A DNA stretch of 63,676 nt, filler included, from Octopus bimaculoides (Eukaryota): assembly GCF_001194135.2 (NCBI RefSeq). It is 7 parts of 6 records of this genome, joined end to end, with 100 filler letters (N's around TTAATTAATTAA, not from the genome) between each part and the next. Parts side by side here need not be neighbours in the genome. Positions count along the whole stretch, not along the records: positions 10,981 to 32,223 come from NC_068983.1; positions 32,324 to 39,982 come from NC_068999.1; 5 more parts are not named here. The stretch is one strand, 5' to 3'. Every line of letters begins with the position of its first letter. Positions within the stretch are counted from its first letter, which is position 1. A model generated the notes under the pieces. That model had not been told where the DNA came from, searched no databases, and saw nothing but the letters and a program-made list of their open reading frames with translations. The translations under genes and the position numbers were made by a program. Shown here piece by piece: positions 23,783 through 35,445 of the stretch.

Positions 23783-25633
23783 GTATGACGTTGTTAATTT
23801 GACTCTTGATCAAATGAAATCTAAACATTCAATATACTTTTTTCAGAACATCATTACACTGGGCAACATAATATGTGCTTCTTTTATTTATGTTAGAGTC
23901 TGGTTTAAGCTATATTTAGCTGCTCTATCTAATTAGATGGCATAGCGTGTATAGGCTAGTTAGTTTGCTAGTCTAGTTGTAAGTTAAAGATTTATATGCA
24001 AAGGTGATCTAGCATTCCAGGTATCTCCTACGTTAATAATACTAATTAATGTTGTTTAGTTTTTATTTTTATTATCTTTATTTTTGTTCCGCTCCATGCA
24101 CAAATTTAGAGTCAGCAGTCTGTATCATTTACCTAGTATTGCAAAGGATTGATAATTAAGAATTCACAATGATTATTTTAATTTCTGTGATTTCTAATGT
24201 AAACTAATCCAACGTAAACGACCTCAGCGGTTTCATACTTCACTTATAGCGGCGGATGTTCATTTCCATATCATTCGCTAATTGAATATATTGCGATGAC
24301 TAAATAATAATTTTGTTTTTATTGAACGAGTAGACGATTATCTCTACAGCACACTCAAAATTACTAAGACTATATTATACTGATGACAGCGTTAGTTAAT
24401 TAACGATAACAATTTTAACGTTAAAATAGTTTCACAATGACTAACTTCATCCTAATTAGGTTTACATTGAGCCATATCCTTCTGATATAAATATTATTAT
24501 GCGTTAATTCAACTATTTAATTTGGGCATTAATTTTGTAGTTCTTTCTTTGTTATACTACGAGGTTGTTTAGTGCATCAAATTTCAGTGTGCCATTAAGC
24601 GTGATATATTCACTGTAACAGAGAAAATTATTATAAAACTGCAGAATATATTATTGCATTAATTCTCGATAAGAAAAGTAAATAATACAATCTTACAATC
24701 AATAAGCCATAATCATTTCTCTGATCTGTATTAAGATTTTCCATTTAAGTAATCTAATTAGGAACAAAATTATAATAAAATGGCAATACTAAGTAAATGA
24801 TACAGACTGCTGACTCTAAATGTGTGCATTGGGCGGACCAACAATAAAGATGATAAAAAATTTTTTTTTTAATTAATTAGTATTTTTAATGTAGAAGATA
24901 CCTTGAATACTATATATAAACATTTAAGTGGAGGCGCAATGGCCCAGTGGTTAGGGCAGCGGACTCGCGGTCATAGGATCGCGGTTTCGATTTCCAGATC
25001 GGGCGTTTTGAGTGTTTANNNNNNNNNNAGCGGACTCGCGGTCATAGGATCGCGGTTTCGATTTCCAGATCGGGCGTTTTGAGTGTTTATTGAGAGAAAA
25101 CACCTAAAGCTCCACGAGGCTCCGGCTGGGGGTCGTGGCGAACCCTGCTGTATTCTTTCACCACAACTTTCTCTCACTCTTGCTTCTTGTTTCTGTTGTA
25201 CTTGTATTTCAAAGGGGCCAGCCTTGTCATACTGTGTCACGCTGAATCTCCCCGAGAACTACGTTAAGGGTACACGTGTCTGTGGAGTGCTCAGCCACTT
25301 TCACGTTAATTTCACGAGCAGGCTGTTCCGTTGATCGGATCAACTGGAACCCTCGACGTCGTAAGCGACGGAGTGCCAACAACAACATAAACATTTAACT
25401 TACAACTAGACTAGCAAACTAACTAGCCTATGCAAGTTAAGCCATCTGATTAGATACAGCAGCTAAATATAGCTTAAACCAGACTCTATCATAAATAAAA
25501 TAAGCATATATTCTGTATCCCAGTGTAATGCATTTCTGAAAAAAAAAGAACGTTGAAATTTTAGATTTCATTTGATCAAGAGCCAAATTAATTAAGCTTC
25601 ATTTGGGTATAGAGAAAATTAACAACGTCATAC
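23783..25633. mobile_element. Foldback-like element: ~270 bp inverted arms (23783-~24050 and ~24860-25633); right arm interrupted by a SINE
   Basis: gtatgacgttgttaattt...gtctggtttaagctatatttagctgc...ggctagttagtttgctagtctagttgtaagttaaa mirrors 25390-25633, and the match continues left of the SINE at 24860-24927. Confidence 0.8.
24928..25386 (+). mobile_element. SINE family B (tRNA-derived, probably the Arg-type octopus OR family) with 12-bp TSD ATAAACATTTAA
   Basis: Head gtggaggcgcaatggcccagtggttagggcagcggactcgcgg, (CAA)n tail, TSD at 24916-24927 and 25387-25398; contains a 10-N gap with a duplicated overlap. Confidence 0.9.
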
Positions 25634-25794
25634 CCAATCATTGTTGAATTAAATCACTTTTTAGAAAACTCATCCTGTGCATACCTCTCAAATACAAAGT
25701 CACCTTTACAGGCACTTCTCAACACCGTTCCCCTACCGTAGAAAAGTTAAACTAATCAAATAGTAATTCTGCATACGCTAAGTAATAGAATTTT

Positions 25795-26180
25795 TTTTTT
25801 CTTACTTGTTTCAATCATTAGACTACGACCATGATGAGGCACCAACTGGAGGAAATTTTAGGCGAATTTATTGACCCAAGTACTTATTGTCTTTCTAAGT
25901 CTAGTAATTATTTTAGCGCACCTTTTTGCCGAGGCGCTATGTGACGGCAATGTACATACCAACACCAAGTGTCAGGCGGTGAAAGCGGAGGAAGACACAC
26001 ACACATATACACATTAGATGGGCTTCTTTCAGTTTCTGTCTACGAAATCCACTTGTAAGGCTTAGTTCGGACCGAGACTATATTAGAAACACTTCCCCAA
26101 GGTGCTACGCAGTAGGACTGGGCCAGGAATCACGTGTTTGGGAAGCAAGCTTATTACTACACAGCCACTATTGTGCCTAT
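25795..26180 (-). mobile_element. SINE family D, older copy
   Basis: Colinear with 7823-8238. Confidence 0.8.
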
Positions 26181-27219
26181 AATTGTGAAGTAAATGTTAG
26201 CAGAAACAGAAAAATAATACGAATAATGACTTTCAGTTCGGATATTAGCATTAAAACTTCGGTATCACTCGTGAATGTCGACCTTGATATTGCTTTGGAG
26301 ATTACTAGACATGTAATTCGACGCATATTGACTTGATTTGATAATAAGACTGAAAGGCTATATAAAATCTTGACGCGGTAAACGAACTGTGATTGCATAA
26401 CGAAACGTTCCCCGTTCTTTGTAATTGATACCAACATTTCATGTCATCCACATTTCTAATATGTTCAATGCTTGATCATCATAGTTTGCTAATTTAATCG
26501 GATTTCGTATCTTAGGCTTGTTCCTGTATTGTACGTAACTATAATCAGATCATCCTTGGTGAATATCTTGTAATAGCAAAGCGTGAACTAGTAAAACTGT
26601 TTCATTGTTAACGTGAACAGCAGTACATACATTAATTTATGAGAAAAGAAATCACGTAAAGCCAAAATATCTGATTAACTAGAGCATAAACACGGTATAA
26701 AAACCGGGAACAAAACCATGACGATCTTGAAGTGCAAAAGAATATAATTCTATAGAATAGATGCGATATACCTTGGAATAGAGAAACAGTAGCACAATTA
26801 AGACATTATCATGTTACCCTTACATAACACAGGGAAACAAAGTTTTTGTTGCATTAATACCAGCATTTGTTTAAGAGTGCTGAATTCAAATCAGATGTTA
26901 GTTTTTCACTCTAAAAACTAGATTTTATGCAATCCAACTTACTCCTTTTGCTCGAAATATGGACACGTTCAACATGATTTGACATTGCCCTGGAACATGG
27001 TCACCTGTACAGGTAATGCCGATTTTATGGAGGGAGTGAGCTTATGTGAAAAAACAAAAATTTGATCACTATAAACAGATCATCTCCGTGGTCTAACAAC
27101 AGTAGGGTCCACTACATATGTGTGTGTGTGTGTTTGTATGCATGTACGTATATATGTGTGTATGTATATATGTGCGTATGTACGTATGTATGTGTGTGTA
27201 TGTACATTGATTAACAGAT

Positions 27220-27780
27220 AGCACTGGTCCACAAACTTTTCGTTACACATGGTATTACCTAATTTGAGTGCATGGATTTCAGATCTCAAGTTTATTTCAT
27301 AATTGATCTAGTTTTTTTTTTTTCGCAATCAAAGTATTTCAGAATCTCAAAATTTTGTCTTCATCACATTGACGTCATAGACAATCAGGAGAAATATGTG
27401 ATTATACTCAGTTTAAATTAGCTAATTAGCAAAAAAGAAAATTTAAGATTGTACAAATTTATTGAAGAACACAATTTGAAGCATTTGCCCTAATAAAGTT
27501 AAAGTTATAAAACAGATTCATAAATAAGAAATTAGTTACTATGAGGAGGCAAAGCTCGATTTCAGTCTATTCACGCAGAGATTTGTGCTTGAAAGTCTTG
27601 TGCTTGTGGACTGTTTCAGGACAACCTCTCTTAATGCTCCAGCAGTAGTCTGCTATTATATGTTTATCCTATCTCTGCTATGGTATTACTCTAATTAATA
27701 AGAGCTGTATTTTCATTGTTATCTCAGGTATTTGCTATTTTGCATGACCTGTCTTTTGATAGCTTCGAGCTCTAGGTCTG
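27220..27780 (-). mobile_element. 3' remnant of an unclassified DNA transposon
   Basis: Minus strand reads DKHIIADYCWSIKRGCPETVHKHK, resembling the MADYCWxLKR C-terminus of a widespread invertebrate transposase-like family (superfamily not assigned). Confidence 0.45.
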
Positions 27781-27789
27781 TGAATCAAA

Positions 27790-28130
27790 AAAATTTCCTT
27801 ATTGCACTAGCTTGATCACATAGTCTCTGTTCCATAAGTTGAAAGAATCCCTTTTCTCTCCAATGATCATACATACGTTGTCGGTAATCCCTAATTTTAT
27901 CACCTTTTCATCTACCGGGTTTCTCAGGTGGTAACACTCCATGACCACAACATTAATTGGCTTGCTCCATCTACGCCATGTGTGGTGGTCCTCTTCTGGA
28001 TATCGACAGGCTGGAGCCGGAACAGAATCTCTAAACCTACCGGGTGTAACATTGTCACCATCATTATCTTCAGTTTCGTTACCACGGTTATTCACAATAT
28101 TCTGCTTTTTCATTGTCATTCATATGAGGC
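27790..28130 (-). mobile_element. R4/Dong-like (RLE-type) LINE 5' ORF remnant
   Basis: RRWSKPINVVVMECYHLRNPVDEK resembles the WxxxxNxxVMECYYxSxP N-terminal motif of this LINE group. Confidence 0.55.
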
Positions 28131-28237
28131 AGCTATTATCAGGTTGCGCAATTACCAGTGTTTTTATTGTGACACCATCACTAGATGTATCATTAATCAG
28201 CTCATGAGGAGGAGGAAGCCCCACCCGTTTCCTTTCA

Positions 28238-28336
<99 letters not shown>

Positions 28337-29375
28337 TTAATATCATTATTAATACTATACAGGATAACACACATATATGTACAGAGAAAGTGCTGCATAT
28401 ATACACGCATACACATATATGCATGTATCTGTATACATCTATCTATCTATGTATCTATCAAATATGAATATACATATATATACATGTTTCCAGGTAAACA
28501 ATCTTGGATGAGAATACACGATGTAATACGACAGTATAATGGAATTTGAGATAAACAAATGAAAAGGAAGGCATACCTTTCTAATTAGCATACGTTCAAG
28601 CCTCGTTCAGAGGAACGTTGCAAATTTATATATTACAAACACTCACCAAATATTAAAGACCTAGATGTGTTTGCAGTTGTCCTCATGAAATGAGTCAAAA
28701 GTGAAATTTCAAGCATAGAATCAACCGTTTCCAATACATATGACAAATGTTTTTGAGCCTTTGAAAAAATTCTCACCTATATTTATACAAGCAGATAAAA
28801 CAATTTATGACGCTGGTAGTTGATAACATAGCCAAACTGGTAGTTAATAATTTAGCCAAAGCATTTCAGAAAACAAACCCCGCCACTTATAATCTAATTA
28901 ATTCTTATACATACTTAGCTATGGAACTTAAAATCGAAGATAGAATACGGTGATTCATCACACGAAAAACTTTCTTTAACCTTAAAAGACCACTGAACCA
29001 CTTTTATGCAAGACACAAGTTGTGGATTGATAAATTTCACAAGAGGTCAAATATGCACTGCTAGCAAATAATCTCACCAAATCTTACTTAATGGTTCTGT
29101 AGCCGAGCAGCCAATGAGTAGTTCAAGTTAATTGAAAATAGGCCCCAAAACAAATTCATCCAACTGGACACCGTGGAGTTTTGTTCCTTGATCTACAAAA
29201 CCCTTCTCCAAAAGACTTTTGAGTTTAAAGAATATATAATCATCAATAATGTTCATATAGGCATAAACAATGAGTGTAAGGAACATATCGAGTTTCTTAC
29301 ATTTCTATATGTAAGAGATGAATTATGTACATTTTTTACATTTGACGGATATTTCTCCTCATCTTGTTTGTTGTT

Positions 29376-29421
29376 AACACAACGTGTCGGTTGATATACA
29401 CTCCAGCCTTCATCAGGTGTC
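29376..29421 (-). ncRNA. Decayed minimal hammerhead motif downstream of the Penelope element
   Basis: GACAC-CTGATGA-AGGCTG(10 nt)CAACC-GACA-C-GT-T-GTGTT: stems I and III pair, but GAAA is GACA and stem II has a C.A mismatch. Confidence 0.6.
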
Positions 29422-29722
29422 TTGGGGAAATTTCGTACCTAGGTTCCCATTCCTAGATTTTTTCGATGTTATTATTATGTTGTTTTTTTTTCTTCTTTCT
29501 TCAAATTTTCTCTCAGTTCGCGCCGAGTGATTTCCGTACACCTAGGACAGAGAAGCGCGTTGTATGCATTCCCAGTTTACACACGCAAATTCACTGGTAC
29601 AATATGTATTTAAAAAAATAAATAAATAACTAAATTCATGAATTGATGTTGTTTTCACAGTGATAATGTTCTTCTCAGTACATGAGCTGTTCCAGTTAAC
29701 ACGGTTTTTTGCACATCCTTTA

Positions 29723-29835
29723 TTATTATTATTATTATCATTACTATTATTATTCAGACGACTGCCTGGGATCGAAATGGGAATTTTGGGGTTAGTAGCC
29801 CGCTCTCTTAGCCACTGCGCCATATGCCCGTGGGC
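29723..29835 (-). mobile_element. Short tRNA-derived SINE with (AAT)n tail
   Basis: ggcgcagtggctaagagagcgggctactaacccc...ttcgatcccaggcag then aataataat. Confidence 0.7.
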
Positions 29836-29859
29836 AATTATAGAATGAATTTTTAGGGC

Positions 29860-31170
29860 TTATAAATCTAATATTTTCCTATACTTCCATAATACTAGTT
29901 CAAATATGCTATTAATATCTACACTCGGTCTGCTTAGGAGGTTGTTGTGCCCTAGTATATGTGCTGGTTCTTGTAGTTTACGTATTTTCCTGTGGTGTTC
30001 TCTGCCTATTATTTTAACTACATCCCACAGGGGGAGTTGGTCTCCATTTCTCCATACATGATCAGTTATACCCGATTTATCAATGTCTCCTCATATCACG
30101 GCTTTGCGATGTTCCTCTACACTTATTTTGAGGGGGCGATATGTTTCGCCTTTGTTTACCCTACCGCAGCTGCATGGGATGAATTACACGCCGTTTTTGG
30201 TCAAATTATTTTCTATTGGTAGTTTTACCCGAAGGAGATATTTGCGAAAAATTGTATTACTCTTGAATACTGTCCTGATGACATATGGGCTGCATATCTT
30301 TAGTATCTTTTTCGGAGAGGCCTTTCACATAAGGTTGACAGACTGTAGACAGTTTATTGGTTTCATCCTCCCTCTTTTGTTCATAATTGGAGCAGATAGT
30401 ATGTTTTGGGGATAGTTGTTACTTAATAGATTGTTACTAAGCTTGATCATTTCTTCGTGGTGAGTATCACGATCGCTTCTTATATTCTGTGCTCGATGTT
30501 TTAGGCACTGAGCAATCCTTCTCTTTACACCGTATGGATGGTGGGAATTGAAGTTGAGGTATCATCAAGTGAAGATGGATTTCCTGTATACGGATGTCCT
30601 GCATCCATACTTGGTGCGTGTTATTAATATGTCCAGGAATGTTAGCTGATTGTGCTTTCCTTTTCCATTGTGAACTTTATGGATGGCTTTATTAAGTTCA
30701 CATGATCTAACAGCACTTGGACACCTTCCTGGTGGGGTCAGATTATAAAGGTGTCATCAACATATCGCAGCCATAGGGTTGGTTTTAGTGGTCTTGATCC
30801 GAAAGCTAAATTCTCAAAGTATTCCATGTATATATTGGCTATTATCGGTGATAATGACGAACCCGTAGCTAAACACTCTTCTTGACGATTTATAAAAGTG
30901 TCCCTACTGAAATAGATATTTTCTACACAGAATGTCAACATTTCCATCAATTTTTGCGTTGGTATACTAGTGCCTTCTTTTATATGGATGTATGTCACTA
31001 GTTGTTCTTGAATCACCGATAGTGTTTCACCAGTTAGGACTTTGGTGAATAGGCTTATCACATCTAGACTCACTATCTGGCTGGATTCAATGGGGCATCT
31101 TTGATCAATTTTGTGGAGCGGGTGGAATTCTTCACGTACGATGTTGTGTCTAGTAAATATTTCGCTCATG
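29860..31170 (-). mobile_element. Penelope-like element remnant: reverse transcriptase plus GIY-YIG endonuclease, 5'-truncated, with stops and frameshifts
   Basis: SLDVISLFTKV...GSSLSPIIANIYME...WLRYVDDTFII (RT); YLNFNSHHP; downstream IPCSCGRVNKGETYRPLKISVEEH (GIY-YIG). Confidence 0.92.
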
Positions 31171-31871
31171 CGTTACTGCTCTTTAATAATTCAAGAGAGA
31201 TGGAAAGGTGATCTAACTGGAAGTCATTTGCGATTTTCAGTAAATTCCAACAAGTTCAACTTCTCGAAAATAAATACATTTTTTTTTTTCAGATTGAAAG
31301 AAATTATTTCTAAAAATAGTTTTAATTTTTACTCGATATTACTTTCAAATTTATCAAATATATCAAACTGACATCTTTTATAATTTCTTCATATGATATG
31401 TATAGCAGTTCACATTAACAGTAATGCCTGTCTATTTCAATTTTTCGGAAGTTTCTAAAATGTTCATGGAATTTCATCCCAAAGAAGGTTACGTTTAGTC
31501 CTTATAAATATCCAACTGAATGTCATGAATAAAATTTGCAATTCTAACTGAGGATTAGGTACAAAAATTAGTTTTGTTGTTTTATAATGGGATATGCAAC
31601 ACTGGGAAGTTCTTCTATTCATTTAAATTGATCAATATCGCGTATCTTTTTTGCATTCTCGAAAACAAAAAACAAAAGTAACTTATCACTATATTTAGTG
31701 AGACAAGCACTTTCATCAATAATTCACGTGAAGCTTAAAGCGCTCGATACTTCGTCATTTAAAATCGTATCAAATATATAATGAAAAAGCCAGGCCTATA
31801 GGAGGCATAACAGACAAAAAATAAAAGAATAAATTTAATAACTTAATTCAATCATATGTTATTTGATATGA

Positions 31872-32223
31872 TACTAGCAGACATACCCGGCTTTGCCCGG
31901 GTTAAAGAGAATAATGAAATCTAAAAACGCCGTCTAGACTACGCAACCCTCAACTGTTAGTAGCTACGATACCATATTTCTACATCAATAACTCTCCAAT
32001 CCATGCCAGCATGGAACATAGACATTAAGTGTAATGCCAGTCTCTCATCTGGGAAGGCCTTGAAATCAATGTTACCAACTGGGGACTATGTGTCGCAGTG
32101 ATAATAAAAAGACTCAAAGGAGGTCTGCAACGAAATAATTTTACTCAACACTTTTCAAGTGAATCAGTGGAGGCAAAGATGCATCTCATTTACTTGACAA
32201 TTTATGCATCACATTGCAGAAAT
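31872..32223 (+). mobile_element. Helitron2/Helentron-like element end, cut by a scaffold linker
   Basis: Starts TACTAGCAGACATACCCGGCTTTGCCCGGG, the terminal motif plus short palindrome typical of this group. Confidence 0.5.
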
Positions 32224-32323
32224 NNNNNNNNNNNNNNNNNNNNNNNNNNNNNNNNNNNNNNNNNNNNTTAATTAATTAANNNNNNNNNNNNNNNNNNNNN
32301 NNNNNNNNNNNNNNNNNNNNNNN
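32224..32323. other. Artificial scaffold linker
   Basis: N44-TTAATTAATTAA-N44. Confidence 0.95.
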
Positions 32324-32354
<31 letters not shown>

Positions 32355-32414
32355 CACATATATATATATGTGGGTGTGTGTGTGTGTGTGTGTGTGTAAA
32401 TATATATAAAAAAC

Positions 32415-32735
32415 TAAAGACCCCCTTCGGTCATGCATGATCATGGGGATTTCACTTAGAAAGTTCCTCTCCTAGGCACATATCTGGGCATGGTTGTTTA
32501 TGGAAGACCAGCGGTCGCCCATGCATACCACCCTACACTCTTCATGCCACTGATTTTATCCAAAGGAAAGGCAGAGGCCGATACAGCTTGATACCAGTGA
32601 CGTCACAACTCATTTCTACAGCTGAGTGAAATAAAGTATCTTGCTCAATAACACAACACACAGTCTGGTCCAGGAATGGAACTCACTACTTCATGATTGT
32701 GAGCCTGATGCTCAAACCACTAAGCCATGCACCTT
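32415..32735 (-). mobile_element. SINE with family C head and a distinct 3' tail
   Basis: Minus-strand head aaggtgcatggcttagtggtttgagc..gagttccattcctggacc; tail ends gaccgaagggggtcttt. Confidence 0.7.
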
Positions 32736-33769
32736 AACACACAAAAACACACACACACATACATACATATATACATACACACATATATATATATATTTAT
32801 GAATAATACACACATCTGCTTGCCTGTTCGTGACTACCTCTGCTCCTATGAAAAGCCAGCGAAAGCATAGAGTATGCTACGAAAGTATCCTCATTCGTGA
32901 GTAATACCTCTCTATACTGTAGTCAACACACTACTATCATATTCTTCATCATAGAAAGCACAAGAACAGAGCAATTGAATCCTGCCTGATACATCAACAC
33001 ACCCTCAAAACCCCAACCCCATATCCGAGATTAACTACTTTACCAACCCGCATTTACATTATCCGTAACTGAATATCTGTTCGCCGCTCACTTTCAATAT
33101 AGCTTGTATTATTAGCAACACTGTTTTCTTTCACTAATTAACGTTTCTCAATTATTAATGTATGTTAATTATCCATATGGTTGATATCTAATGAAGTGTT
33201 GTTTTGTTATTAGCAGTTGGTTCTGTAATTACTTGAAAATCTGTACTGCGACAGTATGTTATGTATCCATCGTGATGACGTCACGCTAGAAGATTAATTA
33301 CGTCGCGTGTGGATGGTTCTGTTTGTAATACGAAATAGATCTACCACCGTTCGTATGTGCTATGATTTCCTTTTTAAAATTTGAATCCCTCTTTAAGAAA
33401 ATTTGTCTTCAACTATCGTCTCTCTTGTATACTCTCGAACGACAATATATCACGCCATTTTAAGCTCTAGCACAGGCATGGGCAATCTTTTTCGAGACAA
33501 AAGTCATTCTTTTACAAATTCATCGTCGGAATAATTTTTTGTATGTTTTGCCACTTTTTCACTAACAACATAGCTTACATGTACAATTTCTTTTAGTGCG
33601 GTCTGCTTTTTTTGGAAAAGATCGTATTTAGACTACCGATCTGTTTCTTGAAGGATTCAATATTTTGCTGTCTAATGTCTCCTTTAGATTTATTGTATCC
33701 CGAATGTTTGAAAATGTAATGCTGCTTAATATTAAATTCTTTAAAAGCAGAGACACATTCTTTTCTACT

Positions 33770-33970
33770 CTAAGCACAAGGGCCGAAATTTTGGGAGAGG
33801 GAGCCAGTCGATTAGATCGATCCCAGTACGCAACTGGTACTGAATTTATCGACCTCGAAAGGATGAAAGGCAAAGTCGACCTTGGTGGAATTTGAACTCA
33901 GAACGTCATGGCAGACGAAATACCGTTAAACATTTTGCCCATCCTTCTAACGTTTCTCCCAGCTCACCGC
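33770..33970 (-). mobile_element. SINE family A
   Basis: Full core and head; similar copies at 21830-21980, 35552-35769, 37325-37535, 46270-46450, 56510-56640, 57225-57630 and 58160-58340. Confidence 0.85.
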
Positions 33971-34564
33971 ATAATATAGAGACATGCTAAATATATTGGT
34001 TTACTTTTTACTTCATGAAATAAACAATCATTTGTCCACTTTTCCTGGAATGTTCTCATTTCTTCGGAAATCATTCTTTTTTTTTGGAATAAAGCCATTA
34101 GCTTAGACATCAAAAATTAAAATTTAAAAAAATACAGCATTTGTACAGTAATACTTTGAAAATTCCGTTAATCCTGCTTGACAACGTTACACAAATATCA
34201 CGTGTGTTTACAGGCGCTGAACTATCACAAGTCATTATAAACAGTGGAATCAGAAATTGAACATTAAATCAATACTTTTCTTCGTTGAGTTAGTTTCCCG
34301 AGCAGAGATGCCAATTGTAACGCTCTTCAATATTTGGATTGTTGTAGATCGACTCCGATGCACGTTGAAAATTCCACGGTTGTCTGACGATGGCAATTTT
34401 TTTTCTTTTCAGACTTAGGTGAGCCATTCAGAAATCTTCGTGGGCCGCAGGATGCCCATGACTGCTCTAGCACTTTACTTACCTATACGGTCATTTCGAC
34501 TCTTTAATTATAGAGTAAGTTAATAGATTCCATACCAATCTGTATTGTTTCTATGTTGTGCATG

Positions 34565-34890
34565 GGGATGAAGTGGCGTAGCTTAGTGATTAGGAGCATT
34601 CGGCTCAGGATCGTTAGGTCGTGAGTTCGATTCCCGACGGTGCATTGTTTCCTTGAGCAAGACACTTTATTTCACGTTGTTCCATTCCACTCAACTAGTA
34701 AAAATGAGTCGTACTTTTAATTCAAAGGACCAGCTTTGTCACATTCTGTGTCACGCTGAATCTCCCTGAACACTACGTTAAGGGTACGCATGACTGTGGA
34801 GTACTCAGCCACTTGTAGTCTAATTTCACGAGCGGACTGTTTCGTTGATCGGATCAATTGGAACACACATCGTCGTAAGCGACGGAATGT
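34565..34890 (+). mobile_element. SINE with family C head and family B 3' half
   Basis: C-type ttgtttccttgagcaagacac core joined to ctgtgtcacgctgaatctccc...cgtcgtaagcgacgg, which is shared with 24928 and 45532. Confidence 0.8.
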
Positions 34891-35249
34891 TAGGGTTTTT
34901 TTTAATGTTTGTATAGATATTTTTGAATTCTCATCCAATAACTAAAACCTAATTTCCTATCAACCTTATAGCCAGGAGCTTAGTTCGAGAAAATGAAATG
35001 TAAATAACTGTTTTTAAGCGAAAGAAAGCAAGCAGAAGTATTGTGTAGGGAAAAACGGGTAGAAATAGTCTACAGGTAGTTTGGTGAAGCTATAAGATGC
35101 CATAAGAAGCTATAGGATTGCGTAATGAAACAATGTTTTGTGGGGGTAGTTTTGTTTAACGTTAGATTGTTTTTGGCACGGGGATAAACGCCTATGAGGT
35201 GTGCCACGAGTTGATTTTGACGAAATTCCGGAAACATCAGGAATGTTTT

Positions 35250-35298
35250 CTGAGAATGATGATGATGGTGTTGATGATGATGATGATGATGATGGTGT

Positions 35299-35356
<58 letters not shown>

Positions 35357-35445
35357 AATAATGATGATGATGATGTTGATGATGATGATGATGATGATGA
35401 TGATGAGGAGGAGGAGGAGGAGGAGGAGAAGAAGGAGGAAGAGAG
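35250..35445. repeat. (GAT)n-(GAG)n trinucleotide microsatellite
   Basis: Direct inspection; produces spurious poly-D/M/H/S ORFs. Confidence 0.95.

Noticed and set aside
24958-25090. Internal duplication of the SINE B head
   Set aside because: Identical copies either side of a 10-N gap, the typical unmerged contig overlap.
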